Positions 35,327 to 45,318 of a DNA stretch of 64,000 bases are shown one piece after another (positions within the stretch are counted from its first letter, which is position 1; every line of letters starts with the position of its first letter). The position numbers and the translations under genes were made by a program. The notes beneath the pieces are model-generated. The model did not search any database. It was not told the origin of the DNA and saw only the letters and a program-made list of their open reading frames with translations. This stretch comes from Bacteroidales bacterium (lineage in GTDB: Bacteria; Bacteroidota; Bacteroidia; Bacteroidales; UBA6680): contig JAOARD010000047.1 in the NCBI GenBank assembly GCA_025210735.1, positions 69,579 to 133,578 of the forward strand, in the 5' to 3' direction.

Positions 35327-38263
35327 TTAGTAGTTAAAAACATCTTGCAATGATAATTCTGTAACCTCTCCCAGTTGCTTAAGTTTGTTCATATCAACAA
35401 GCTTTTTATTAGCAATAACCAGATAGTTATACTTATTACCTTTTACATTCTCATCAAAGAACTTCTGAATATCATCAATACTCATTTCAGATACCTTCTC
35501 GTAAACATCTTTACGCATATCTGTCTTAATACCTTTGTCAAGGTTATTAAGTTTTGTCCAGAAGATATTTGATTTTGTTATTCTTGATGTCTCAATCTTT
35601 TTAAGCATAGCATCTTTAGCTGTATTAAATGCTTTATCAGATTTTCTCATATTCTCAAGCAGATCATACATAGCATCAGTTGCTGTACCAAGCTTGTCAA
35701 CCTGTGTTGCCACAAATCCAAGAATATAATCTGGCTTATGAAGCTTGCTTCCTTGCGAGTAGCTTGCAAATGCCGAGTAAGCAAGTGCTTTACTCTCTCT
35801 TATCTCCTGAAATACAACAGAACCCATTCCGCCACCATAATACTCATTAAACAGGCGTGTAACAGGAGTCATACTCTTATCAAACTCATCGCGCTTAGTA
35901 AACATTATAATATTAGCCTGTACCATATCATAATCTACAAAGAATACTCTGTTCTTATCTGTTGATAACTCTTTATACTCTGTTTTCTCAGGTATTGCTG
36001 CTAAAGCATCTGGTGTTACATGATACTTGTTAAGTACAGACTTAACAGTCTCAGGAGTATCTTGTCCGTAATACAATATTCTGTGAGGATATGTAGTAAG
36101 ACTTGCAACCTTTGCTACCAATGTTTCAGGATCAATTGCATTAAGCTGCTCTTCTGAAAGAATATTTGTTATCGGGTTGTTTTTACCATACATTCCGTAG
36201 TTTAACATTCCATCCCAAAGTATTGCTGATTTGTTAAGTTTCAGATTTTCTCTGCGTTGTAATATATTATCAACATACTTTTTGTATGCCTCTTTATCAG
36301 CTTTTGCATTTTTAAGCAGATGCTCTACAAGTTCAACACCTTTATCAAACGATTTTTTCAGACCACTAACTGTTATGTATGATCTGTCTCTTCCGGTACT
36401 TACATAGTATGAAAGACCATGCTTAAAGAACTCCTCACTAAGCTCAGATGCGCTATATTTTGTTGTTCCAAGATACTCAAGATAATCAACAGCCAGTGCC
36501 AATTCCTTGTTATGATCTTCGCCCATATCTATTACATACTGTAGTCTGAAGATCTCATTAGTATTGTTTTTAATATAGTTAAACTCAATACCATCTTTAA
36601 ACTTCTCTGTAATCATGCTCTTCTCAAAATCTACATAAACAGGCTTCAGGCGTTCTGTTTTCTCAGCAAGAAGATTAACCATAAACTCACTCTGAGAGTT
36701 TCTGTCAATTGGTACAGGAGTAATAGATGGCTTATCAACCTTTACAACTGAATCATCGTTTCCTTTGCGCTTATACACTACTACATAGTTATCTTTATAG
36801 TGAGTATTTACAAAATCAACAATCTGCTGCTTTGTAATTTTTTCAAGACGATCTATCTGGCTAATAACATGGTTCCACTCAACCTCTTCAGCAAAAGCCT
36901 GTGCAAACAGGTGTGCACTGCTGTTACTCTCTGCTCTACGCAACATATTAACCTTAAAATCGTTAATAATAGCGCTCAACAACCACTCATCAAACTCACC
37001 TTTTTTAATCTTCTCAATCTCTGCAAGAATAAGATCTTTTACCTCTTCAAGAGTCTGACCAGCTTTAGGTTTTCCTCCAAAGTAGTGAACCCCGTAATCT
37101 TTCATAAAATCAGTACCACAAAATGCTTCAAGTACCTTCTGTTCTTTTATAAGGTTAAGATCTATTAATCCTGCTTTGCTGTTATTAAGAATCATATCAA
37201 CAAGATTAACCATATCAGCATCTTCCGATCCTACACCGTTAAATCTGAATCCCATAAACAGATTCTCATCAGTTGGTCCAAAAACCTCAGCTACAACAGG
37301 AGCAGTTATCTCTTTTTCAGGAGCAAACTCTTTTTTAACTCTCTTATCTGACGACTCAAACTTACCCCAGTACTTATCAATAAGTTGTATTGTCTTTTCA
37401 AAATCAAGATCTCCTGAAAGACATATAGCCATATTATTTGGTACATAATATGTATCAAAATAGTTATGGATATTTACCATTGATGGATTCTTAAGGTGCT
37501 CTGCCTTACCAATAACTGTTTGTGTTCCGTACGGATGTGTTGGGAACAGTTTCTCATAAAGTTTTGTCCAAACCTTATCATCGTCATCGTCCTGTCCCAT
37601 ATTAAACTCCTCATAAACAGCCTCAAGCTCTGTATGGAAAAGTCTAAGAACAAGTGTACTAAATCTTTCGCTCTCAATCTTAAGCCACTTCTCAAGTTCA
37701 TTAGATGGTATATTGTTCATATACACAGTACGCTCATTTGAGGTGTATGCATTTGTTCCTCTTGCTCCAATTGAGCTAACAAGTTTGTCGTACTCATTCG
37801 CAATAGCATACTTTGAAGCCTCTTGCGATACTTTATCAATCTCTTTATAGATTTCCTTTTTCTCTTCAGGATTATCTGTAACTTTATGCTTCTCATAAAG
37901 ATCAGATATCTTTTCAATTAATTTAGACTCCTCTTCCCAATTAGATGTTCCAAACTTTGATGTCCCTTTAAACATCATATGTTCAAGGTAGTGCGCCAAC
38001 CCGGTTGTCTCTTTAGGATCATAAGTAGAACCAGCTTTAACCGGAATGTAGGTTTCAATACGGGGCTCGTCTCTGTTAACTCTTAAATAAACTTTTAGAC
38101 CATTTGCAAGCGTATAGATTCTTGCGTTCATAGGGTCGTTAGTAACCGTTTCATATGCATAACCATTTGAATCGGTCTTTGTCTCAACTTTGTACTTCTC
38201 ATTAGTACAACTTCCTAGTACTAATAGCAATACAAAAGAAAGCAGCAAAGTGTACTTTTTCAT
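35327..38263 (-). CDS. M16 (insulinase/pitrilysin) family zinc peptidase, fused active and inactive halves.
   Basis: 978 aa. Lipoprotein-like signal 'LVLGSC'. 'GLAHYLEHMMFKGT' is the inverted HxxEH zinc motif, and 'NAYTSNERTVY' follows. Confidence 0.9.
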   Translation of the reverse strand: MKKYTLLLSFVLLLVLGSCTNEKYKVETKTDSNGYAYETVTNDPMNARIYTLANGLKVYLRVNRDEPRIETYIPVKAGSTYDPKETTGLAHYLEHMMFKGTSKFGTSNWEEESKLIEKISDLYEKHKVTDNPEEKKEIYKEIDKVSQEASKYAIANEYDKLVSSIGARGTNAYTSNERTVYMNNIPSNELEKWLKIESERFSTLVLRLFHTELEAVYEEFNMGQDDDDDKVWTKLYEKLFPTHPYGTQTVIGKAEHLKNPSMVNIHNYFDTYYVPNNMAICLSGDLDFEKTIQLIDKYWGKFESSDKRVKKEFAPEKEITAPVVAEVFGPTDENLFMGFRFNGVGSEDADMVNLVDMILNNSKAGLIDLNLIKEQKVLEAFCGTDFMKDYGVHYFGGKPKAGQTLEEVKDLILAEIEKIKKGEFDEWLLSAIINDFKVNMLRRAESNSSAHLFAQAFAEEVEWNHVISQIDRLEKITKQQIVDFVNTHYKDNYVVVYKRKGNDDSVVKVDKPSITPVPIDRNSQSEFMVNLLAEKTERLKPVYVDFEKSMITEKFKDGIEFNYIKNNTNEIFRLQYVIDMGEDHNKELALAVDYLEYLGTTKYSASELSEEFFKHGLSYYVSTGRDRSYITVSGLKKSFDKGVELVEHLLKNAKADKEAYKKYVDNILQRRENLKLNKSAILWDGMLNYGMYGKNNPITNILSEEQLNAIDPETLVAKVASLTTYPHRILYYGQDTPETVKSVLNKYHVTPDALAAIPEKTEYKELSTDKNRVFFVDYDMVQANIIMFTKRDEFDKSMTPVTRLFNEYYGGGMGSVVFQEIRESKALAYSAFASYSQGSKLHKPDYILGFVATQVDKLGTATDAMYDLLENMRKSDKAFNTAKDAMLKKIETSRITKSNIFWTKLNNLDKGIKTDMRKDVYEKVSEMSIDDIQKFFDENVKGNKYNYLVIANKKLVDMNKLKQLGEVTELSLQDVFNY

Positions 38264-38621
38264 TTGTCAAACTTTTTTTTTGAAATTAAATTTAATCAAT
38301 ACTCAACCATAAATGTTTAAACTAAGATTTACTCATAGAGTATAGGATAGTCATTGTATAAACATTGTCTTTTCGACTCTAAATTAACGAATATAAATCC
38401 TAAGTTATTATAACTTTTGATTTTTTAACATATGCAAAAAGGTAGCTACCCGATTAACAGTTACACAAACTATCACCATTATAACAAAATCACCTGTAAA
38501 ACAAGTTTAACATAGCTCATCTAAACATTATCTATCTGCGTTTGTTTATAGAGCAGAATTTATTAAAAATGATTCTAAACAAGCATAAGAATTAGCATCA
38601 TCATATTATCAAATTAATGTT

Positions 38622-41027
38622 ATGAAGAGATATACAACTTTAAAGATAGAGAGGGAGGAGATTCTCTCAGATTATAAACTTGGTAATTTAAGCCGACAGA
38701 TAAGTTTACTTGGGAGAAAAGAGGTACATACCGGAAAAGCAAAATTCGGTATTTTTGGCGATGGTAAAGAGGTTGTACAGATTGCACTTGCTAAACAATA
38801 CAGAAAAGGCGATTGGCGATCGGGTTATTACAGAGATCAGACATGGATGATGGCTGCCGGAATATTTTCGGCAGATGAATTTTTTCATCAGCTATACGGA
38901 CAGACAGATCCGAATTTGAATAAAGGAAATGGTGGACGATCATTTAATAATCACTTCTCGACACCAAATATTGATGATAATGGTGAGTGGCTTAATCTTA
39001 CAGATCAGAAAAATACATCGGCAGATATCTCGCCTACTGCCGGACAGATGCCAAGACTGCTTGGTTTAGCGCAGGCATCAAAACTATTCCGTGAGAATAA
39101 AGAACTTAATGAATACAAGGGTTTATCGATATCTGGTAATGAGGTTGCTTTTGGATCAATTGGTGATGCAAGTACATCTGAAGGCCATTTCTGGGAGACT
39201 ATGAATGCAGCTGCTGTAATGCAGGTACCAATGGCAATGACTGTATATGATGATGGTTATGGTATATCGGTTCCTAAAAAATATCAAACTACAAAAGAGA
39301 GTATTTCTGAGGCTCTTAGTGGTTTTGATATTAAGAAAAAGGGTGAGAGAGGTATACACATATACAGAGGAAAAGGATGGGACTATGCCGGACTATTGGA
39401 TATGTTTGCAGAGGGTGTTGATAAGTGCCGTACAAATCATACACCAATACTGTTTCATGTTGATGAGGTTACTCAACCACAAGGACACTCAACATCTGGT
39501 TCGCACGAGAGATACAAAAATAAAGAGAGACTTCAGTTTGAGAAGGATTTTGATTGCCTTGTAAAGATGCGCGAATGGATTATTGAGGAGAAAATTGCTA
39601 CAGCAGAGGAGCTTGACAATATAGAGAAAGAGGCAGCGAAAGAGGCTCTGGATGCAAAAAAGAGAGCTTGGAAACAGTTTACAGCACCTCTTAAGAAAGA
39701 GAGAGAAGAGCTTGTTAAGATAATAAACAACAGATCGTGTGTTTGTGAAAGAGAGGGTATTGATAAGGTTGGTGAGATTACTAACGACCTGCAGAAGATA
39801 ATGAGTCCTATACGTAAGGATAATATTAGTGCGGTTAAAAAGATTCTAAGACACGTATGTACTGATTGTACTAAACGCAGAGAGCTGCAAAGAGATCTGT
39901 CTAAATGGCTTGAACGCAACTACAAAGATGGAAGCAGAAGATATAGCAGTAAACTTTACGTAGAGAAACATTCGCCAATTGATATTACCGAAGTAAAACC
40001 AGACTTCTCTGATGATTGGGTAAACGGTAGAGAGATACTAAGAGATAACTGGGATTATCAGTTTAAAAACAATCCGTTGCTTGTGGCTTTTGGTGAGGAT
40101 GTTGGAGGTATTGGTGGCGTTAACCAGACCTTTGAAGGCATGCAGAGCAAGTATGGTGAGATAAGGGTTACCGATACAGGAATCAGAGAGGCTACAATAA
40201 TGGGACAGGGTATTGGTCTGGCATTAAGAGGGTTAAGACCAATTGCTGAGATTCAGTATTTTGATTATCTGCTATATGCACTACAAACAATGAGTGACGA
40301 TCTGGCTACAACACATTACAGAACAGCCGGAAAACAGATTGTACCGCTTATTGTATCAACCAGAGGTCACAGATTAGAGGGTATCTGGCACTCCGGATCG
40401 CCACTAAGTATGGTTATAAACTCAATAAGAGGTGTGCATGTTTGTGTACCAAGAAATATGACACAGGCCGCAGGTATGTATAATACTCTGTTAAAAGGTA
40501 ATGATCCTGCTCTTGTTATTGAGCCTCTTAACGGATACCGATTAAAAGAGCAAAAACCTAATAATATTGGTGAGTTCACAATTCCGTTGGGTGTACCGGA
40601 AATTCTAAAAGAGGGTACAGATGTAACACTTGTAACATACGGATCGTGCGTACGAATTGCAGAAGAAGCTGTTGAGCAATTAAAAGAGTTTAATATATCT
40701 GTTGAGCTTATTGATGCACGTACATTAATTCCTTTTGATATTAACAGTATTGTTAAGGAGTCTGTAAAGAAGACCAGCAAACTTGTTGTTTTTGATGAGG
40801 ATGTACCAGGTGGTGCTACAGCATTTATGCTTCAGAAAATTATTGAGGATCAGAAAGCATTTTATCATCTGGATTCAGAACCAAGAACAATATCTGCCAA
40901 AGAGCACAGACCTGCGTATGCTACAGATGGCGATTACTTCTCAAACCCTAATGCTGAGGATGTATTTGAGACTATATACGCAATTATGCATGAACAGAAT
41001 CCGGGTAAATATCCAAGATTGTATTAA
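38622..41027 (+). CDS. Thiamine-diphosphate-dependent 2-oxoacid dehydrogenase E1 component, fused alpha and beta subunits.
   Basis: 801 aa. The N-half carries the TPP motif 'GSIGDASTSEGHFWETMNAA...YDDGYGIS'. The C-half has transketolase-like pyrimidine-binding and C-terminal domains ('DTGIREATIMGQGIGLA', 'EIQYFDYL', 'VTLVTYGS'). Confidence 0.8.
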   Translation: MKRYTTLKIEREEILSDYKLGNLSRQISLLGRKEVHTGKAKFGIFGDGKEVVQIALAKQYRKGDWRSGYYRDQTWMMAAGIFSADEFFHQLYGQTDPNLNKGNGGRSFNNHFSTPNIDDNGEWLNLTDQKNTSADISPTAGQMPRLLGLAQASKLFRENKELNEYKGLSISGNEVAFGSIGDASTSEGHFWETMNAAAVMQVPMAMTVYDDGYGISVPKKYQTTKESISEALSGFDIKKKGERGIHIYRGKGWDYAGLLDMFAEGVDKCRTNHTPILFHVDEVTQPQGHSTSGSHERYKNKERLQFEKDFDCLVKMREWIIEEKIATAEELDNIEKEAAKEALDAKKRAWKQFTAPLKKEREELVKIINNRSCVCEREGIDKVGEITNDLQKIMSPIRKDNISAVKKILRHVCTDCTKRRELQRDLSKWLERNYKDGSRRYSSKLYVEKHSPIDITEVKPDFSDDWVNGREILRDNWDYQFKNNPLLVAFGEDVGGIGGVNQTFEGMQSKYGEIRVTDTGIREATIMGQGIGLALRGLRPIAEIQYFDYLLYALQTMSDDLATTHYRTAGKQIVPLIVSTRGHRLEGIWHSGSPLSMVINSIRGVHVCVPRNMTQAAGMYNTLLKGNDPALVIEPLNGYRLKEQKPNNIGEFTIPLGVPEILKEGTDVTLVTYGSCVRIAEEAVEQLKEFNISVELIDARTLIPFDINSIVKESVKKTSKLVVFDEDVPGGATAFMLQKIIEDQKAFYHLDSEPRTISAKEHRPAYATDGDYFSNPNAEDVFETIYAIMHEQNPGKYPRLY

Positions 41028-41050
41028 ATTACATCAATTATAAAGAGTAC

Positions 41051-41086
41051 AAAAAAGGTTGTGCAAATCGTAGTGCACAACCTTTT
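41051..41086. terminator. Bidirectional intrinsic terminator between convergent genes.
   Basis: ggttgtgca (41057..41065) and tgcacaacc (41074..41082) form a perfect 9-bp stem, flanked by A6 on the left and T4 on the right. Confidence 0.7.
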
Positions 41087-41106
41087 ACTTTATAGTAGCT
41101 TTTCTG

Positions 41107-41664
41107 TTATTCTTCAATACTATCATCAGGCTCAGGGATAACTGTTATATCAGAAGCTTTTACAGTAACCATTGATATATATCCTTTTTCAGAAGCCTTA
41201 AGTCGCTCACGAATACCATCTATCTGTCTGTTTAATATCGCAAGGTTCTTCTTTTTTGCCTTCAGTCTGTCAATATACTCACCATCCAGGCATGGCTCTT
41301 TATCAATATGACAAAGTGTAGTCTTTTTATCTTCAAGTATCTTAACATCATCTTCGGTAATCCTTGTCTCTGAAACAACACCTTTTATAGCAAGTGTTTT
41401 TCCTTTATACTCCTTATCAAACTTTGCCTCAAGAGTACCCGGTTCAATCTTTACTATCTGTCCGTTATCGCCAATAAGTTTCATCTTTCTGCAATCATAG
41501 GAACATACGTGCACAACACGGCCTTCAACAACAACCTCTTTGTCTACATACTTATCAACATTTTCAAGTAGACCTTCAACTTTCAGTGTATCAACTTTTT
41601 TTTCATCAGACGTACATCCTGCAATAAGAAATGCAGTGATAACTATACTTATCAGAAATCGCAT
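41107..41664 (-). CDS. Lipoprotein, function unknown.
   Basis: I place the start at MRFLISIVITAFLIAGC (ATG at 41664, lipobox LIAGC). The upstream 39 codons of the tracked ORF are not signal-like. Confidence 0.6.
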   Translation of the reverse strand: MRFLISIVITAFLIAGCTSDEKKVDTLKVEGLLENVDKYVDKEVVVEGRVVHVCSYDCRKMKLIGDNGQIVKIEPGTLEAKFDKEYKGKTLAIKGVVSETRITEDDVKILEDKKTTLCHIDKEPCLDGEYIDRLKAKKKNLAILNRQIDGIRERLKASEKGYISMVTVKASDITVIPEPDDSIEE

Positions 41665-41877
41665 AATTAAATAGTTTTGGTAAAACACAAATATATAATT
41701 TATACTCATGTAACCATAAAAACAAAAAGCAGATATTATCACTCTCATATTTTTATTGAAAAATATCTGATTTTGTTTCAAGCAATTAACGTTTAAATTT
41801 CTGTTTTAGTTTTTAATTAACTAATTTATGGCATACTTTTTATTAAGTAATAAACAGATAAACAAAACTAAAATATT

Positions 41878-42561
41878 ATGCGATTTTTAAAATTATTGAT
41901 ACTGTTAGCATTCATTTCTTCAACACAGTTTACTAATGCACAAATGGTTGAAACCACAAAACCATACATTCAGGTAAACGGAATGGCAGAAAAAGAGATT
42001 ATTCCTAATGAGATATTCCTATGGATAAGGATAGCTGACAAGGAGACTAAAAAAGGTGTTGATATTCTTGAGAACAAGATGAAAAAGGAACTTAAAAAGA
42101 TTGGTATAGATCTTAAGCATCTGGTTGTTCAGAACGCTTACAGCTCTCTTAACCAAGGTTTCTGGTCAGATAAGATTGAAACTACAAGATCATATGAGTT
42201 AAAGCTTTCAACAGCTGAGGAGACTACAAAAGTGCTTAAGATGTTAAAAGGTATTGGGATTCCTTCAGCAGGTATTTCAAGAACATATCATAGCGATATG
42301 GAGAAGATAAAGATGGATGTTAAGATTGAAGCAATTAAGAATGCTAAAACAAAGGCATCAACACTTATGTTGGCTATTGATGAGAAGATTGGCAAACCAA
42401 TACGTGTTATTGAGGTTGATTACTACGGAGGTCCTGGATATATGCAGTACAGAGCAAAAGGATATGCCGCTGAAGCAGCTATGGCTGAATCACTGCCTGC
42501 ACTTGAGTTTAAGAAGATTAAAATTCAGTATAAAGTTGAGGTTAGATTCGAGATTCCTTAG
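41878..42561 (+). CDS. SIMPL/DUF541-family periplasmic protein.
   Basis: 227 aa with a signal peptide. 'YIQVNGMAEKEIIPNEIFLWIRI' and the C-terminal 'KIKIQYKVEVRFEI' follow the SIMPL layout from memory. Confidence 0.55.
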   Translation: MRFLKLLILLAFISSTQFTNAQMVETTKPYIQVNGMAEKEIIPNEIFLWIRIADKETKKGVDILENKMKKELKKIGIDLKHLVVQNAYSSLNQGFWSDKIETTRSYELKLSTAEETTKVLKMLKGIGIPSAGISRTYHSDMEKIKMDVKIEAIKNAKTKASTLMLAIDEKIGKPIRVIEVDYYGGPGYMQYRAKGYAAEAAMAESLPALEFKKIKIQYKVEVRFEIP

Positions 42562-42582
42562 TTTTTTATGAAAGAATCTGGT

Positions 42583-42625
42583 AATGCCATATCTTAATTT
42601 CACACTTAAGGTATGGCATTATTTG
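42583..42625 (+). terminator. Long hairpin after the SIMPL gene.
   Basis: aatgccatatcttaa / cttaaggtatggcatt forms a ~15-bp stem with one mismatch, followed by atttgtat. Confidence 0.5.
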
Positions 42626-42646
42626 TATCTGAACAGCTGTTTTCTG

Positions 42647-44176
42647 TTAGCTCTTTTTAGATTTCACTCTCTTCTTTATCCAGATAAACGCACCTGTAAT
42701 AATAAGTATAAGTGTGAATATCCCAGTTAACGGAATATATAGTATGTAAAATATCCCAAGTATTGGTTCAAATATTCTTCCTGTATGAACCTCAAGAGCA
42801 ACGTTCCATAATGGCATTCCCTGCTGCTTTATAATATGCGGAACATCACCAAATGTACTCTTTGTTACACAACCTCTTGCATAATCAAAAATAAACTCAT
42901 TCTGTTCGTTCTCTATATATCCTGATATCATATTCTCTGACACCGGAGGTCCCATCTTTTTAACCTGTCTGTAAGGTGTTCTTTTTATATAATCAAAAAC
43001 CAACCCGCTCTCAGTATTCCATAAATAGAGACCAGAAAATGAACCAACCATAAATTCATTGTCTGCTACCTGCCTGAAAACATTAACACCCATAACACTG
43101 TATGGTGGTTGGCTCTCAAACTTAACAGGTGTTGATTTCATAAACTTATCGGTATAGTAGAATCCTGAATTAGTGAGTATAATAAACCTGCTATTCACAT
43201 CGTCGTAATGTATGCCTCTGAGTTTTAAGAACCATGCATTATCATTATCCAGATGGGTATATTTTAATCTCTGAACATCGGTATTGGCAATTGGTATTAA
43301 TAACGGAGGACGCAAAAACATTCCGGTTAATGCAAGAATAAAAAGAAACAGAGCTCCTGCTATACCTAATACTCTATGCCACTTAACAGATTTTGAGAAT
43401 AGTGGTTTTGATATTTTATTTGATCTCTTTCTGTTTTTTCGTCTGCGCATAAATCCGGGCATGAACATATACAGAATACCTGTAACCGAAAGTACAATAA
43501 CCAAAAGACCTAAAGCATCAACAAATAGTTTTCCGGGCATTCCGAACAACTCGCCACTATGTATGTACCATAGTGTCCGGAATAGTGATATATCGCTTTT
43601 ATATCCTTCCGGCGCTTTTAATTCTATATCAACAAACTTAGGATCGTTCTCAGCAGCAACAAGAACCTGCGAACGTGTCATAACCCATAATGAGTCATTA
43701 ACAGTAGTTATTCCCTCTATTCTCTTCTCATCGGTTGGTATATCTACAACAACCCATTGTTTCTGCTCTTTTGAGTACCTGTACAGCCCAAACTTTGTTC
43801 CTGCAAACAGATTATCATTTTTGGTGTAGTTTAAACAGGTAATATTTCTGTTATCGCTCCCTTCAGGAAATCCGCGATTAAAATCTACAAAACTATTATA
43901 ACTGTCGTATGTTATCCACACACCAATACCGCCATAGATAACAGATACACTATCGGTAAAGTTAACAGCACCTTTAACTGCTCCGTTATTCCAATTATCT
44001 ATTCCGTATTTATCTGGTAATATTTTGCGCGATATATCTATCCCGGAAACCACATTACGGTGGTTCATTATTATTCCGGATACTGCATAAAGTATAAGAA
44101 ATAGTGATAGTATTACTCCCGGCCAACGATGCAACCGTTTAGACAAAACTCTCTTTTTTGTTTTTTTTGGTTTCAT
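42647..44176 (-). CDS. PepSY-associated transmembrane protein (PiuB/FoxB-like).
   Basis: 509 aa. The N-terminal 'LHRWPGVILSLFLILYAVSGIIMNHR' and a second 'WHRVLGIAGALFLFILALTGMFL' are the paired PepSY_TM helices. A large beta-rich periplasmic domain lies between them. Confidence 0.7.
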   Translation of the reverse strand: MKPKKTKKRVLSKRLHRWPGVILSLFLILYAVSGIIMNHRNVVSGIDISRKILPDKYGIDNWNNGAVKGAVNFTDSVSVIYGGIGVWITYDSYNSFVDFNRGFPEGSDNRNITCLNYTKNDNLFAGTKFGLYRYSKEQKQWVVVDIPTDEKRIEGITTVNDSLWVMTRSQVLVAAENDPKFVDIELKAPEGYKSDISLFRTLWYIHSGELFGMPGKLFVDALGLLVIVLSVTGILYMFMPGFMRRRKNRKRSNKISKPLFSKSVKWHRVLGIAGALFLFILALTGMFLRPPLLIPIANTDVQRLKYTHLDNDNAWFLKLRGIHYDDVNSRFIILTNSGFYYTDKFMKSTPVKFESQPPYSVMGVNVFRQVADNEFMVGSFSGLYLWNTESGLVFDYIKRTPYRQVKKMGPPVSENMISGYIENEQNEFIFDYARGCVTKSTFGDVPHIIKQQGMPLWNVALEVHTGRIFEPILGIFYILYIPLTGIFTLILIITGAFIWIKKRVKSKKS

Positions 44177-44278
44177 ACTTGTCTTTTAAAGGTATGTGTA
44201 ACTATCATATACAATAATCATTGCGTGTAAAAGAAACCTCTACACAAAAGCGAACAACCACTTATTATTGTGATAGTT

Positions 44279-45037
44279 TTATCGTTTTACTACCAGAATG
44301 AATGCAAAGCTATTTTCCGGATCAAATTCAGTCCTGTTGAATGCACCAAACGTATCAACAACACCAAACCCATTATCTTTGGCTTGTCTTATTATCTCTT
44401 CGGGCAGAAATGGAGTAAGTACCTCTCTGTTTGTTATCTGCTGATTTGTGCTTTTGTCGGTAAGTACCGTGTCAAAATTTACTCTGCCATCAGTACGTTT
44501 CCAGCAGTATTCCCTCTCAAACCTGATTTTGTCGTTATCAATTATTGGCAATTTTGTCTCTCTGTCAACATCGTATCTGTTATAGTTTACAACCTGAATA
44601 ACAAATAGTCCGTCTGGTTTCAACACACTCTTTACACTTGCAAACAGTCTGTTTAACTGATCTATATCGGTAAGATGAGCAACTGTATTGCCTACAGAAA
44701 ATGCTAAATCAAAATCTACGTTGTTAAAGACTTTATCAACATCCAACATACTTGCTGACACAAAATTCCCGGAGATTTCAGAACGTACTCTTCCTTTTGC
44801 TATACTCAGCATTTCATCATTAAGGTCTATACCATACGGAATAGCTCCTTTATCAGTTATATACTCAGAAAATCCTCCTGTAGAACAACCAATATCAAGA
44901 ATATTTTCTCTTTCCGAACCTATATAATCGGTTATAAGCGATGCCTTAACTTCGGAAACAGGAAATATATAGTCGTAATAATCTGTAATTGATGTATAAA
45001 AGTCCATAATATGGGCAAGGGGAGATACCCCTTGCAT
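44279..45037 (-). CDS. Class I SAM-dependent methyltransferase.
   Basis: 252 aa. Motif I is 'ILDIGCSTGGFSEY', followed by an acidic 'GIDLNDEM' post-I motif and 'LKPDGLFV'. The start could instead be the Met 10 codons downstream (MDFYTSITDYYD). Confidence 0.8.
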   Translation of the reverse strand: MQGVSPLAHIMDFYTSITDYYDYIFPVSEVKASLITDYIGSERENILDIGCSTGGFSEYITDKGAIPYGIDLNDEMLSIAKGRVRSEISGNFVSASMLDVDKVFNNVDFDLAFSVGNTVAHLTDIDQLNRLFASVKSVLKPDGLFVIQVVNYNRYDVDRETKLPIIDNDKIRFEREYCWKRTDGRVNFDTVLTDKSTNQQITNREVLTPFLPEEIIRQAKDNGFGVVDTFGAFNRTEFDPENSFAFILVVKR

Positions 45038-45040
45038 ATT

Positions 45041-45286
45041 TTAATAGTTAATTCCTGCCGCCATAATATTCTTTGCATCAAATGCATGACATGGAGTAAC
45101 GCCATACACCATTTCGCATTTAGGGCATTTTCCTTCAAATTCAGACATTGTAAATGTCTCATTACACTCAACACAGGTTATCTCCATAGGCATTGGCATT
45201 AGCTGATCTGCAAAACCCATCATTCTAATTTTATCTACTACCTGCTTTCCGTTCTCAAAACTTCCTGAACAACCATCATGTGCCAT
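45041..45286 (-). CDS. Small Cys-rich zinc-ribbon-like protein.
   Basis: 81 aa. 'CVECNETFTMSEFEGKCPKCEMVYGVTPCH' contains CxxC...CxxC. Its stop is 3 nt from the methyltransferase start. Confidence 0.6.
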   Translation of the reverse strand: MAHDGCSGSFENGKQVVDKIRMMGFADQLMPMPMEITCVECNETFTMSEFEGKCPKCEMVYGVTPCHAFDAKNIMAAGINY

Positions 45287-45318
45287 AACAATCTCTCTTT
45301 TACTATTTTTACCAAAAA

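Noticed and set aside
41665-41781. An upstream extension of the 41107..41781 ORF.
   Set aside because: The extension precedes a perfect lipoprotein signal (MRFLISIVITAFLIAGC) that starts at the ATG at 41664. The longer form would bury the signal peptide.
43284-43829. A 181-aa plus-strand ORF inside the PepSY-TM gene.
   Set aside because: It is an antisense shadow ORF with no motifs, and the opposite strand encodes the recognisable PepSY_TM helices.
44270-45202. Overlapping ORFs 44270..44608 (+), 44688..44927 (+), 44932..45174 (-) and 45011..45202 (+).
   Set aside because: They conflict with the methyltransferase (SAM motif I present) and the zinc-ribbon ORF, which fit the tight operon spacing. 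Their translations are low-complexity.
45041-45286. The 81-aa Cys-rich protein considered as a RiPP precursor peptide.
   Set aside because: No radical-SAM, YcaO, lanthipeptide or other RiPP maturase, and no leader peptidase or exporter, is present nearby. The Cys spacing fits a structural zinc ribbon better.
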